Made by a program: the position numbers and the translations under genes. Positions 62,590-64,000 of a DNA stretch of 64,000 nucleotides are shown in pieces. Source of the DNA: Mobula hypostoma. Lineage: Eukaryota. The stretch spans positions 177,010,001 to 177,074,000 of the forward strand of contig NC_086100.1 in assembly GCF_963921235.1 (NCBI RefSeq), in the 5' to 3' direction. Within the stretch, counting starts at the first letter, position 1, and each line of letters begins with the position of its first letter. The notes under the pieces are model-generated. The model was given only the letters and a program-made list of their open reading frames with translations, was not told where the DNA came from and made no database searches.

Positions 62590-64000
62590 TATTGCGTTAT
62601 TAAGTATATGTGAGTTTAGCCTCCACAGTGTTTTCCTCATTTTCCTTTCCAGGATTAGAGACATAGAGACTGGGCTATGATCCGACAGATCAATTGTTGC
62701 AATATTACAGTTTTTTATCCTGAGTCTATCTGTATTAAAGATAAAGAAATAGTCTATCCTTGAATAGGCTGAATGAGGGAAAGAGTAATATGTATAATCT
62801 TTACTAGTAGGGTGTAATTCCCTCCAGACATCTATAATTCCCAACTCCTCCATCAATGAATTCACTTTCCGAGTCAGAGGTTTATTCTGAGTAACTATTC
62901 TTGAAGAATCTAATATAGGATTTAATCTAATATTAAAATCCCCTCCACAAATTACTACCCCTCGAGAACTGACCATTAGGTCAAAAATGTGTCTATAAAA
63001 TGACCATTCACTACCTGGAGGAGCATAAACATCCAGCAACGTTATTTCTGTACCTTCTATTCTTCCTGTGATTTTTACAAACCGTCCTTCTTTGTCTCTA
63101 GTCTCTGAAATATGTTCATAATTAAGAGTACTTGATATTAAAGTAGCCACCCCTCTTTTGTGACTCAATTTATATGATGAATAAAATACATGCTTAAAGC
63201 CCATTCTTTTTAATTTTCCATGTTCAGATTGGCTCATGTGTTTCCTGGAGGAAAGCTATTTGTGCCCTCTCTTTTTTCAATTTAGACATAATCTTATTTC
63301 TTTTAATTGGATTCAAAACCCCATTAACATTATAGGAAATTATTTTTACCAATTCAGTTTGCATTTTTCTCTAGTAGAAAAAAAGCACTCTCCTTTTCTA
63401 ACCAAACAGTAAGCAATCCCTTCTCAACAGTAAACCAAGACATATAACCACACCCTAGACATTTCTGAACGTATAACATTTGAAAATTTTCCCCGACTTC
63501 CCACAGTGAGGCCTGAGCACCGACCCGCCTCAGTTCAGAGGGATAACCTCTATCTTCACCCTGTGTTAGAGGGCCCTCAGCAGTTTGAATAATCATAGAG
63601 AATTTTCTCCTATTTATGTCTCGACCATATTGCTATCATTCAAGTTATTCCGCCTAGATTATTTTCAGTTACCAGTTTTCATTTTACTTTTAAGTCCGAT
63701 TTACTCTTTTCAGTCATTCTCTTAATTAATCTGTATTCTCTGTACATTCGCGTCTGAATATTTGCAGCTTTTCCTTGTAGTTTGACACTCTGTTTCGAGT
63801 GGAGCGTCCTCGCCCCACTAACTGCCACGACTTCTGCCGCATCCTCTGCAGTAGCGACTCCGGTTGGGTGATAACTCTAATAGGTAGTCCCCGGTCCGCC
63901 AGGTCCGACGTTGCCTCCTCCACCGTAGCGTAAGTTTTTGTCCCTTCGTCGTAAAAGACTCTCAGCCGAGCTGGATACAGGGTCTGGAATCTGATGTTGT
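62590..64000 (-). mobile_element. L1-clade LINE: ORF1 C-terminus (63726-64000), spacer, and ORF2 AP endonuclease (ATG at 63364), broken after the endonuclease
   Basis: ORF1 tail RFQTLYPARLRVFY; ORF2 MQTELVKIISYNVNG..FLQETH (with frameshifts), then VYAP, GGDFN, YSRIDYF, SDHSP and WRLN motifs. Confidence 0.93.

Overview
Vertebrate genomic DNA. The repeat content (CR1 LINEs, tRNA-derived SINEs, Penelope-type termini, Rex1-like LINEs) suggests a cartilaginous fish, probably a ray; this is inference. Two recognisable genes converge, as in the human MRPL35-REEP1 locus. MRPL35 lies on the + strand: coding exons 2-4 at 454-646, 2751-2892 and 8411-8599, with exon 1 upstream of the window. The 3' half of REEP1 lies on the - strand: exons at 54923-54810, 40293-40134, 25534-25389 and 20466-20395, plus a candidate 33-nt microexon at 22802-22770. 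Most ORFs in the supplied track are retroelement debris or chance. The main unexplained signal is the roughly 9 kb, largely non-repetitive interval between the two genes (about 9.3-18.7 kb). On the + strand it holds a chain of splice-flanked, partly phase-compatible reading frames riddled with stops and frameshifts: a Cys-rich start followed by long helical or charged segments. It looks like a dead multi-exon gene, and an 871-bp piece of it has been recently duplicated. Other points of interest are hammerhead-ribozyme cores and hairpins from Penelope termini, two unusual minisatellites, a nested Gypsy insertion, and a young L1 broken just after its endonuclease domain. All coordinates were counted by eye; repeat boundaries are approximate.
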